This document shows positions 17,409 to 24,896 of a stretch of 64,000 bases of DNA, piece by piece. The translations under genes and the position numbers were made by a program. The DNA is from Burkholderiales bacterium. GTDB taxonomy: Bacteria > Pseudomonadota > Gammaproteobacteria > Burkholderiales > Burkholderiaceae_C. The stretch covers positions 9,569 to 73,568 of the forward strand of contig JBBQLM010000020.1 in assembly GCA_038327925.1 (NCBI GenBank), given 5' to 3'. Positions within the stretch are counted from its first letter, which is position 1, and every line of letters starts with the position of its first letter. Below the pieces are notes generated by a model that made no database searches, was not told where the DNA came from, and saw only the letters and a program-made list of their open reading frames with translations.

Positions 17409-17819
17409 GTCCGGCCAGATGGCGAGCCCGCAACTGGGTGGCACAGCCAGCGCGGTCATGGTGGGGGCTGCAACCGGTGGCGGCGGACTCACCGCCGCCT
17501 GCACCACAGTGATGGCAATCTTGCCGGTCGATACGGGGAAATTGGCGTCGGCCGCCTTGGTGACCGTGATAACGCAGCTACCAAGCGCAGTCGCCGTCAG
17601 GGTGCTGCCGCTGATTGCGCAGTTGGCGCTGTCGGACTCGTACGTGACTGCGCCTGTGCCGCCGCCGGTGGTGCTGAGCGTGACAGTGGTGCCGTAGGTC
17701 GGCGTGGTACTGGTGACAGACACGGCAATAGGGGATGCCGCCTGGGCAGCGCCCGCGTAGAGCAGCAAGGCGCTGGCCAAATGTGCGGCAAAAGCCGACA
17801 AAAGGGTGCAATGTTTCAT
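16653..17819 (-). CDS. Secreted protein: Ig-like repeat + shared C-terminal module
   Basis: 388 aa with signal MKHCTLLSAFAAHLASALLLYAGAAQA. One Ig-like repeat and a Pro-rich linker precede the 251-aa module ending GLTVTP. Confidence 0.85.
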   Translation of the reverse strand: MKHCTLLSAFAAHLASALLLYAGAAQAASPIAVSVTSTTPTYGTTVTLSTTGGGTGAVTYESDSANCAISGSTLTATALGSCVITVTKAADANFPVSTGKIAITVVQAAVSPPPPVAAPTMTALAVPPSCGLAIWPDIVNLGTDLGPAFTADMVTLLSAAVGQPLAFVEQGVCGAVTLSGYHGGKLTFIPLKFQSGDTRANGIYPVTNGQYQVVRGGQSILLAPALAHVEQLIALLPGVVVRQADNGALIAMFNGLIYVVQPGVQVQLDSATGSAELVIGADGNWHFIDAQGNHQILYPAFADVTALRNALLGLDFGATSAIQLDGTAAIVFHGQRYTLVPDLTLAGVPTDRVGQMVWPEGAGPGGAPRYRVVNNQPLGTAQGLTVTP

Positions 17820-17854
17820 GGGACTCCCTCAATGGGTCAAGACAATGGGGGGTG

Positions 17855-17928
17855 ATGCTATGTAGACCCGCGCGGTTTGTCTGTCCCTAGAACTAGTGAC
17901 AAGAATTGCGCGGCGATGTGGCACCATT
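17855..17928. promoter_or_regulatory. Divergent promoter region with operator, between 16653..17819 (-) and the response regulator (+)
   Basis: tgtctgtccctagaactagtgaca lies at 17878-17901. On the minus side there is N17 then sense TAGCAT (17855-17860). On the plus side GACAAGAA is followed by N16-17 and CACCAT/ACCATT (17922-17928). Confidence 0.55.
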
Positions 17929-17969
17929 GCCACCCACTACGTTGCCCCGACACAAAGCCCTACTTCCCC

Positions 17970-18659
17970 ATGCAACACACCCCAGAAAGCCTCCTCATTC
18001 GCGTAGCGCTGGTTGAGGACGACGTGAATTTTCAAAATGCGCTGACGGAGGCCATCCAGGCGGCGCCGGACATGGCACTACAGGGCGTGGCCGACACGCG
18101 GGCCCAGGGCTTGCAGATGTTGGAACGGATGCAAGTCGATGTGCTGCTGGTGGATCTGGGCTTGCCCGATGGTTCGGGCATTGACGTGATCCGTGCGGCG
18201 CATACGCTGCAACCCGGCTGCAACATCATGGTGAGCACCACCTTTGGCGACGAGACGAATGTGATGCAGTCGCTGGAAGCGGGCGCCGCCGGCTACCTGC
18301 TCAAGGACAGCGAGCCTCACAAAATGGTGGGCGAAATACGCAGCATGCACGCTGGCGGCAGTCCCATCAGCCCGTTGATCGCGCGCAAGATCCTGACGCG
18401 CTTTCACGACGACGGCCGCCCCGTCACGCCGCTGGAACAGCCAGCCGCCGACAAGCCGCGCGCTGCCCTGTCCCACCGCGAGAAAGAGGTGCTGGAGTTC
18501 ATCACCAAGGGTTTTACGTCGGACGAGATTGCGGGGCTGATGGCGGTGTCGCGCCACACGGTGCTAACCTTTGTGCGGCGCATTTACGCCAAGCTGGAAG
18601 TCAACTCAAAAGCCGAGGCCATTTTTGAAGCACGCAACCGGGGATTGTTGGAAGACTAG
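17970..18659 (+). CDS. Two-component response regulator, NarL/LuxR family
   Basis: ORF 17877..18659, start moved to ATG 17970 (MQHTPESLLIRVALVEDD...). Has a REC domain (LVDLGLPDGSG) and a LuxR-type HTH (LSHREKEVLEFITKGFTSDEIAGLMAVSRHTVLTFVRRIYAKLEV). Confidence 0.9.
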   Translation: MQHTPESLLIRVALVEDDVNFQNALTEAIQAAPDMALQGVADTRAQGLQMLERMQVDVLLVDLGLPDGSGIDVIRAAHTLQPGCNIMVSTTFGDETNVMQSLEAGAAGYLLKDSEPHKMVGEIRSMHAGGSPISPLIARKILTRFHDDGRPVTPLEQPAADKPRAALSHREKEVLEFITKGFTSDEIAGLMAVSRHTVLTFVRRIYAKLEVNSKAEAIFEARNRGLLED

Positions 18660-20550
18660 CCTCTCACAGGCCACCCTGCGGTGGCTGCTGGCGCTGGGCT
18701 GTGTGCTGGGCTGTGTCACGGCACAGGCGGCCGAGCCGCTGCATTTCACGACGGCAGAACTGTTGAATGTTGAGGGGCGGGGCTATTCGCCACCGCCCTA
18801 CTCCATGGACGCCAGCACCTTGCCGGGTATCTGGCAGGAAGTCGCCCTGCCCCATGCCGTGACGCCACAGCGCGTGGACGCCGCGCTGGAAGACGGCTCG
18901 GGCGAGCCCCGCACGGTGGTGAGCTGGTACCGCCTGCACATGCCGCCGCTGGCGCCCACTGCGCAGCCCCGCTATCTCTACATTCCACGTTGGAAGGCCG
19001 ATGGGCAACTGGCCGTGTACGGCGACAGCCGCCTGCTGTACCAGTCGCATGCCAGCATGGAGTGGAACAGCTGGAACCTGCCGCTGTGGATTGCGCTGGA
19101 CGAGACGGCGGATGCGGTGGCGCCACGGGTCATCTTGCTGCGCATGGAGCACCCGGTGCATGCGGGCGCGGGCCTGTCGTCGATGTGGTTGGGCGAGGAA
19201 AGCAGCCTGCACTGGCGCTACGGGCTGCGCGATATGCTGCAGGCACAGTTGCTCTTCATGAGCAGCGCCGCGTTCCTGGCGGTAGGCCTGTTCGCGCTGT
19301 TCGTGTGGCTGCGCCAGCGCGATCAACCGCTGTACCTGTTGTTCTTTGGTGTGTCGGCAACCTCGTTTCTGCGCAGCATGCATTTCTATGTGGGCGCGGA
19401 GCGCCTGCCAATTTCCGACGCCTGGTTCAGTTGGTTGACCGTGCACTCCATGTTTTGGCTGGTCACTCTGATGCATTTCTTTTTGAACCACCTGCACCGC
19501 CGCCCTCTGATCTGGCTCAACCGCGCGGTGCTGGGCATCACCGTGACCATGAGCATCGCCACGCTGCCGTTCTTCACGGCCCTGCCCAGTCTGTACGTGC
19601 TGTCGGCATTCGCCTACCTCATCCTGTTGGCCGTGGGCCTGGGGACCGCCACGGTGGGCTTGCGCAAGGCGCTGGGCGCCCATTCGCGCGAAGGCGCCAT
19701 GCTGGCTGCATGGGGCCTGCTGGGCATGCTGTTCGGCGTGTATGACTGGCTGATGCAAAACAACTACGTCAACATCGAAGGGCTGTATCTGGGGCCTTAT
19801 GCAACCGTGCTGGCCTTTCTGGTGTTCACCTACATCATGTTCCGCCGCTATGTGGACGCCGTGAACGACGTCAAGAAGGCCAACGCCACGCTGGAACAGC
19901 GCTTGCAGGCGCGCGAGGCAGAGCTGACGCTGAGCCACCAGCGCCTGCGCGAGATTGAGCAGCGCCAAACCCTGGCCCAAGAGCGCCAGCGCCTGATGCA
20001 GGACATGCACGACGGCCTGGGCTCCTCGCTGGCCAGCGCGCTGCGTGTGGTGGAGAAGGGGCGCCTGGGCGAGGCTGACGTGGCCCAGGTGCTCAAGGGC
20101 TGCATCGACGACCTGAAGCTGGCCATCGATTCCATGGAGCCGGTCGACGCCGACCTGCTGCTGTTGCTGGCCACGCTGCGCTTTCGCCTGGGGCCACGCC
20201 TGGAGGCCACCGGCATCGCGCTGCGCTGGGAGGTAAACAGCGTGCCGCCGCTGGACTGGCTGGACCCCAAGCACGCGTTGCACATACTGCGCATCCTGCA
20301 AGAGGCGTTTACCAACATCATCAAGCACACCCAGGCCACCGAGATCCACCTCAGCACCGCCGTGGAAGGCGACTGGGTGGTGGTGCGCATCACCGACAAC
20401 GGCCAGGGTTTCGCGGTGGAGCTGGCCCTTCAAGGCGGAGGCAAGGGCCTGTCCAACCAGCAGCGCCGGGCGCTGGCCATCGGTGCCGAGGTTCAATGGG
20501 AATCCGGTGCTCAGGGGACCTGCTTTAGCTTGCGGCTGCCCATCCGATAG
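18571..20550 (+). CDS. Sensor histidine kinase, 7TM sensor, HisKA_3/HATPase_c (paralog 2)
   Basis: Same architecture as 205..2133. The N-terminal sensor is diverged and the transmitter is near-identical. Start uncertain: ATG 18571 overlaps the regulator gene by 89 nt, and TTG 18625 is an alternative. The signal-like segment is LRWLLALGCVLGCVTAQA. Confidence 0.85.
   Translation: MCGAFTPSWKSTQKPRPFLKHATGDCWKTSLSQATLRWLLALGCVLGCVTAQAAEPLHFTTAELLNVEGRGYSPPPYSMDASTLPGIWQEVALPHAVTPQRVDAALEDGSGEPRTVVSWYRLHMPPLAPTAQPRYLYIPRWKADGQLAVYGDSRLLYQSHASMEWNSWNLPLWIALDETADAVAPRVILLRMEHPVHAGAGLSSMWLGEESSLHWRYGLRDMLQAQLLFMSSAAFLAVGLFALFVWLRQRDQPLYLLFFGVSATSFLRSMHFYVGAERLPISDAWFSWLTVHSMFWLVTLMHFFLNHLHRRPLIWLNRAVLGITVTMSIATLPFFTALPSLYVLSAFAYLILLAVGLGTATVGLRKALGAHSREGAMLAAWGLLGMLFGVYDWLMQNNYVNIEGLYLGPYATVLAFLVFTYIMFRRYVDAVNDVKKANATLEQRLQAREAELTLSHQRLREIEQRQTLAQERQRLMQDMHDGLGSSLASALRVVEKGRLGEADVAQVLKGCIDDLKLAIDSMEPVDADLLLLLATLRFRLGPRLEATGIALRWEVNSVPPLDWLDPKHALHILRILQEAFTNIIKHTQATEIHLSTAVEGDWVVVRITDNGQGFAVELALQGGGKGLSNQQRRALAIGAEVQWESGAQGTCFSLRLPIR
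19900..20530 (+). repeat. Long direct repeat partner of 1462..2090
   Basis: See 1462..2090. Confidence 0.85.
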
Positions 20551-20551
20551 G

Positions 20552-20575
20552 CTGCCCCCAAGAACCAGGGGGCAG
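20552..20575. terminator. Possible bidirectional hairpin between convergent genes
   Basis: Stem CTGCCCCC (20552-20559) / GGGGGCAG (20568-20575) with an 8-nt loop. There is no clear U-tract. Confidence 0.35.
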
Positions 20576-20580
20576 TGGTC

Positions 20581-20634
20581 AAATTAGCCTCTAGCCCTCG
20601 TATTTATTACCTATGTAGCTATTTTTTTATAGCA
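20581..20634 (-). repeat. REP-like repeat, copy 5
   Basis: aaattagcctctagccctcgtatttattacctatgtagctatttttttatagca. Confidence 0.75.
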
Positions 20635-20635
20635 A

Positions 20636-23416
20636 TCACTTTACTGGCACCGCAGCCGGGGTCAAGGTGCCCGCCTTGATCAGGACCATGGACTCGGGCT
20701 TGAGGTACTTCTTGATCGCAGCATTGACCTGTTGGTCGCTCAGTGCGTTGACCCTGGCGGGGTACTCGTCCAGCCAGCTCACGTCATAGCCGCGGCTCAC
20801 CGCGCCCAGCAGAGCGCCGGCCATGCCGCCGGTGGTGGCCAGGTTTACCTTGAACTCGCCAATCAGGTTGCTCTTGCGGGCGCTGATCTCGGCAGGTGTG
20901 GCGCCGGCGTCAAACCAGAGCTTGAGCTGGCGCTGGGTGGATGCAATGCCTTTGTCCAGCAGGCCGGGTGCAAAGCTGGCGGAGATGCGCCAGTCGCCAT
21001 CGTTGACCATGTCATTGCCCAGGCCGGCCCCCACGCCGTAGGTCAAGCCCTCCTTGTCGCGCACATTGGCCATCAGGCGCCCGGTGAAGCCGCTGCCCAG
21101 AATGGCGGTGGCCACGCGCAGAGCCTGGTAGTCCGGGTCTTGGTAGCGCAGACCGCTGGCCTGGCCCATCACCACGGAGACGCTGGTCTTGCCCGGCATT
21201 TCCACATCCAGCTTGCCCGCCACGGTGGCGGCTGCGGGTTGCGCCGCGCGCACCACGTCTTTGCCACCACTCCAGCCAGAGAAGGCGCGGTTGATTTCAC
21301 CCTGCAGGGCGGGCAGATCCAGATCGCCCACCAGCACCAGTTTCATGCCGGCCGGACCGTAGTTGGTCTGGTGGAAGGCCAGCACGTCCGCCAGCGTGGC
21401 CGATTCGATGGCGGCCAGCATGTCATCGGGCGCGACCCCGCGGTTGGGGTGACCTTGTGGGTAGATGGCACGGTTGAAGGCGTCCGCGGCGCGGAAGTCT
21501 GTGCTCTCCAGGCTGCGCTTGATACCGCCTGCCATTTGTTTCTTGGCTTTGGCAAACTCTTCCGGCGAGAAAGCCGGTGTGCGCAACTGCTCCGCGATCA
21601 GGCCCAGCACCAGGGGCGCGTCTTTTTTGAGCGAGCGGGCGCTGATGTCCAGCACATCGGTGCCAACCCGGAAGCTAATGGCCGCCCCCACAGACTCCAG
21701 CTTCTCGGCAATGGCGAACTTGTCCTGCGTCTTGGTGCCCTGGTCCAGCAGCATGCCGGTCAACACCGGAATGGCCGGGTTGCCCTTGGCTCCCAGTGCT
21801 CGGCCGGCGGGCAGCGAGGCACGCAGCGTCACCACGTCCTTCACGCCGGTGGGATAGGTAATCACGTCGATGCCGGCTATTCTGCTGCGCTGGGCGTTGG
21901 GAGCGATCTTGCTGCCGCCATCCACTGCGGCACCGCCCGCGGCCTCTTTGGCGGCTGCCAACGTGGGCTGCATGCCAGCGTTCAGGCGAGGATCGCGGTA
22001 GTAGTAGGGGCCATCGGACAGCGTGTCCTTGAAGCCGGCCTTGGCAGACACAACGGGAGCGGCCGCACCGGCGGTGGTCGGCACAAACCAGCCGGTGGTG
22101 CTGGAGTCTTCGACCAGGTACTTCTGCGCCACGCGCTGGATGTCGGCCACGGTGACCTTCTTCGCGGCTTCATCCAGGGAATAGAACAGTGTCCAGTCGC
22201 CGGCGGCAATGTACTCATTGATGTTGCCGGCAATGCCGAACGAGCCATCGAGCTTGAAGGCCGCATCCGCCGCGGTCTTGGCGGCGGCAGCCTGCAGTTC
22301 GGTCTCGGTCACGCCGTCCTTCTTCAGGCGCTCGATCTCCTGGTTGATGATCGTTTCCACCTCCTCATGCTTGGCGCCAGGCGCCAATGGGGCAAACACG
22401 ATGTGCATGCTGGGATCGTGGAAGATGCCCAGTTCGCCTTCCACACCGGTGGACAGGTTCTTGTTGGTGATCGCCTTGTACATGCGGCTGTTCTTGCCAT
22501 CGGACAGGATGGCGCTCATCAGCTGCACGGCGGCAAAGTCGGGGTGCGTGGCAGCGGGCACCTTGTGGGCCACGGCGACCACACCCAACTGACCCGCTCG
22601 CTTGACGATGGTGCGTCGCGCACCGTTCTGCGCGGGCTCCTCGGTGTACATGGCCGGAATCGGCTTGGGCGAACGCGGATACACACCAAACGACTTCTTC
22701 ACCAGCGCCAGCGCCTGGGCCGTGTCGAAATCGCCAATGATGGTGATGGTGGCGTTGTTGGGCCAGTAGAAGGTGTCGTAAAACTCGCGTAGCTTCTGGA
22801 TGGACACCTTCTCGATATCGCTGCGGTGGCCAATGGTGCTGTGGTGGTAGGGGTGGGCCACGAAGGCGGTCTGGTAGATCTCCTTGTACAGGGCCTGGAT
22901 GGGCGAGTTCTCGCCGCGCTCAAACTCGTTGCGCACCACGGTCATCTCAGGTCTACGGTCCTCATCACGCAGCAGCAGGTTGCGCATGCGGTCGGCTTCC
23001 ATGCCCATCACGGTGGCCAGGTGTTCGCTGCCCATGTTGGCGTAGTAGTTGGTGCGGTCCAGCCAGGTGGTGGCGTTGTACTTGGCGCCGGTGCGTTCCA
23101 GCAACTGGTCCACGTTGTTGCCCTTCTCGCGGGTGTGGTTTCGGGAGCCCTTGAACATCAGGTGTTCCAGTAGATGCGTGGCGCCGGTGGTGCCGGTGAC
23201 CTCGTTGCGCGAGCCCACGCGGTAGGTGACCATGAAGGTCAATGTGGGGTTGGAGTGCTCTGGCATGAGCAACACCTGCAGCCCGTTGGACTGCAGGGTG
23301 TACTCGTCGATGGTGCCCACGGTTTTGACATGGGTGTAGCCTTTGACCGTGACCGGCGCCGCTTGTAGCAGCACCGACGAGAGCAACAGGCCCGCAGTGA
23401 GAAGTAGTCGTTTCAT
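20636..23416 (-). CDS. M16 (pitrilysin/insulinase) family zinc peptidase, two tandem M16 units, secreted
   Basis: ORF 20636..23449, start moved to ATG 23416 (MKRLLLTAGLLLSSVLLQAAPV). The HxxEH motif HLLEHLMFKG is present. The length is consistent with a fused active plus inactive pair. Confidence 0.9.
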   Translation of the reverse strand: MKRLLLTAGLLLSSVLLQAAPVTVKGYTHVKTVGTIDEYTLQSNGLQVLLMPEHSNPTLTFMVTYRVGSRNEVTGTTGATHLLEHLMFKGSRNHTREKGNNVDQLLERTGAKYNATTWLDRTNYYANMGSEHLATVMGMEADRMRNLLLRDEDRRPEMTVVRNEFERGENSPIQALYKEIYQTAFVAHPYHHSTIGHRSDIEKVSIQKLREFYDTFYWPNNATITIIGDFDTAQALALVKKSFGVYPRSPKPIPAMYTEEPAQNGARRTIVKRAGQLGVVAVAHKVPAATHPDFAAVQLMSAILSDGKNSRMYKAITNKNLSTGVEGELGIFHDPSMHIVFAPLAPGAKHEEVETIINQEIERLKKDGVTETELQAAAAKTAADAAFKLDGSFGIAGNINEYIAAGDWTLFYSLDEAAKKVTVADIQRVAQKYLVEDSSTTGWFVPTTAGAAAPVVSAKAGFKDTLSDGPYYYRDPRLNAGMQPTLAAAKEAAGGAAVDGGSKIAPNAQRSRIAGIDVITYPTGVKDVVTLRASLPAGRALGAKGNPAIPVLTGMLLDQGTKTQDKFAIAEKLESVGAAISFRVGTDVLDISARSLKKDAPLVLGLIAEQLRTPAFSPEEFAKAKKQMAGGIKRSLESTDFRAADAFNRAIYPQGHPNRGVAPDDMLAAIESATLADVLAFHQTNYGPAGMKLVLVGDLDLPALQGEINRAFSGWSGGKDVVRAAQPAAATVAGKLDVEMPGKTSVSVVMGQASGLRYQDPDYQALRVATAILGSGFTGRLMANVRDKEGLTYGVGAGLGNDMVNDGDWRISASFAPGLLDKGIASTQRQLKLWFDAGATPAEISARKSNLIGEFKVNLATTGGMAGALLGAVSRGYDVSWLDEYPARVNALSDQQVNAAIKKYLKPESMVLIKAGTLTPAAVPVK

Positions 23417-23523
23417 GGTTTCCTGGGAGTCAAAAAAGACAAGCCGCAAACCTTAGCACAGGCGCATTGCGCTGTGCATCCGGGAAACCATTGACCCCGC
23501 GCGCCCCTCGGGTCGGGGCTCAA

Positions 23524-24669
23524 TCAGTCTTCGAAATACCAGTACCCGGCGTTGACCCATTGGGTCAGCGCCTCCACAAACGCCGGCAGCTTCAGCGCCG
23601 CGCGCAGCGGGGCGTGGGTCAGCGAGTCACGGTCGCACAGGGCCTTGACCGCGGCCTGCGCCTTGGTGCCAAAGGCATGGCGCTCACCATCCACATAGCA
23701 AACACCGTCCGCCACCGTCTGGTCCACGTAGAAGCAGCGCAGACCGCCGGTGCGCACAAGAGGTTGCCGCTGGAGTGTGTCGATCAGTTCGTTCGCATCC
23801 AACGGCTCGTCCAGCGCCTGCAGGTCCAACTGGCATTTGGTGCGGGACAAAAAGCTGCCAGCAAAGTCGGCCACCAGCGTGTCGTTATCCAGCAGCGCCT
23901 GCAACTGCGCCTTGATGCGGGCCAAGTCGCTGGTGTTGATCTGGCCCTGGTTGTGGTGGATGGGGCGGCCGGGGTCGCTCAGCAGCGCGCTGCCCAGCTC
24001 CTTGTCGATGACGTAGTCCGCCAGGCCACTGAGCATGTCGCAGGCGGACTTGGCCCGAAAGCCCACCGAGAAGCTCATGGACGTTTCGAGCGACACGCCA
24101 TCGTGCGGAAAGCCCGGCGGGATGTAGAGGATGTCACCGGGCAGCAGCTCCACGTCGATGATGGCCTCGAACGGGTCCACATGCAGCAGCGCCGCATGCG
24201 CCGCAAACTGGCGGTGGTTGCCGCGATCTCCGACCCGCCACTGGCGGCGCCCCGAGCCCTGGCAGATGAACACGTCGTACAGGTCAATGTGCGGCCCCAC
24301 CCCACCCTGCGGGCGCGAGTAGCTGATCATCACATCGTCCAGCCGCCACTTGGGGATGAAGTCAAACGGCTTGACCAGCTCGGCCACTTCGGGCGACCAG
24401 TGGTTGACCGCCTGCACGATCAGCGACCAGCCGGTCTTGCCCAGGTGGTCGTACGACTCAAATGGCCCGTTCTCGGCCTGCCACTTGCCGCGCTTCTTGT
24501 AGACCAGGCGCGAATCCACCGCTTCCTCGCAGGCCAGCCCGGCCAGTTCCTCGGGGCTTATCAGGTCCTGAAAGTGCTTGAAGCCCTGGCGGATGACCAC
24601 CGGCTTTTGCTGCCAGTAGTGCTGCATGAAGTGTTCGAGCGTGAAATCGGAAAGCGTGAGTTTGAGCAT
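23524..24669 (-). CDS. roxA: Ribosomal protein uL16 3-hydroxylase (JmjC/cupin-4; YcfD/RoxA)
   Basis: ORF 23524..24783, start moved to ATG 24669 (MLKLTLSDFTLEHFMQHYWQQKPVVIRQGF...). Collinear with my recollection of E. coli YcfD (…GPFESYDHLG…WSL[IL]VQAVNHW…GGVGPH.D.YDVFI.QG.GRR.WRVG…DILYIPPGFPH…GYW[YF]FE). Confidence 0.85.
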   Translation of the reverse strand: MLKLTLSDFTLEHFMQHYWQQKPVVIRQGFKHFQDLISPEELAGLACEEAVDSRLVYKKRGKWQAENGPFESYDHLGKTGWSLIVQAVNHWSPEVAELVKPFDFIPKWRLDDVMISYSRPQGGVGPHIDLYDVFICQGSGRRQWRVGDRGNHRQFAAHAALLHVDPFEAIIDVELLPGDILYIPPGFPHDGVSLETSMSFSVGFRAKSACDMLSGLADYVIDKELGSALLSDPGRPIHHNQGQINTSDLARIKAQLQALLDNDTLVADFAGSFLSRTKCQLDLQALDEPLDANELIDTLQRQPLVRTGGLRCFYVDQTVADGVCYVDGERHAFGTKAQAAVKALCDRDSLTHAPLRAALKLPAFVEALTQWVNAGYWYFED

Positions 24670-24896
24670 GGTGCGCGCGCAGGAAAGCGGCCCGTGGCGG
24701 GCCTGGGGTGCCGATGGTAGGTGCGTTCGGCTCAGCCTGCCGGCGAATCTGGCCATGTGTTGATGTGGCTCATACCGATGCACCCGTTTGCCACCGCCGT
24801 ATCGCCACAGTGCCCCGGTATGATCCCCGACGGCAACCCGGGAAGGCCTTGCGCGCTCCCGAAGGATTGCCTTGATTCAATCAGGGAGAAGCAATA

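Noticed and set aside
17877-17969. A longer N-terminal extension of the response regulator (ORF start at 17877).
   Set aside because: The extension would begin inside the operator motif itself and encodes no REC-domain sequence. The canonical REC N-terminus (IRVALVEDD) follows ATG 17970.
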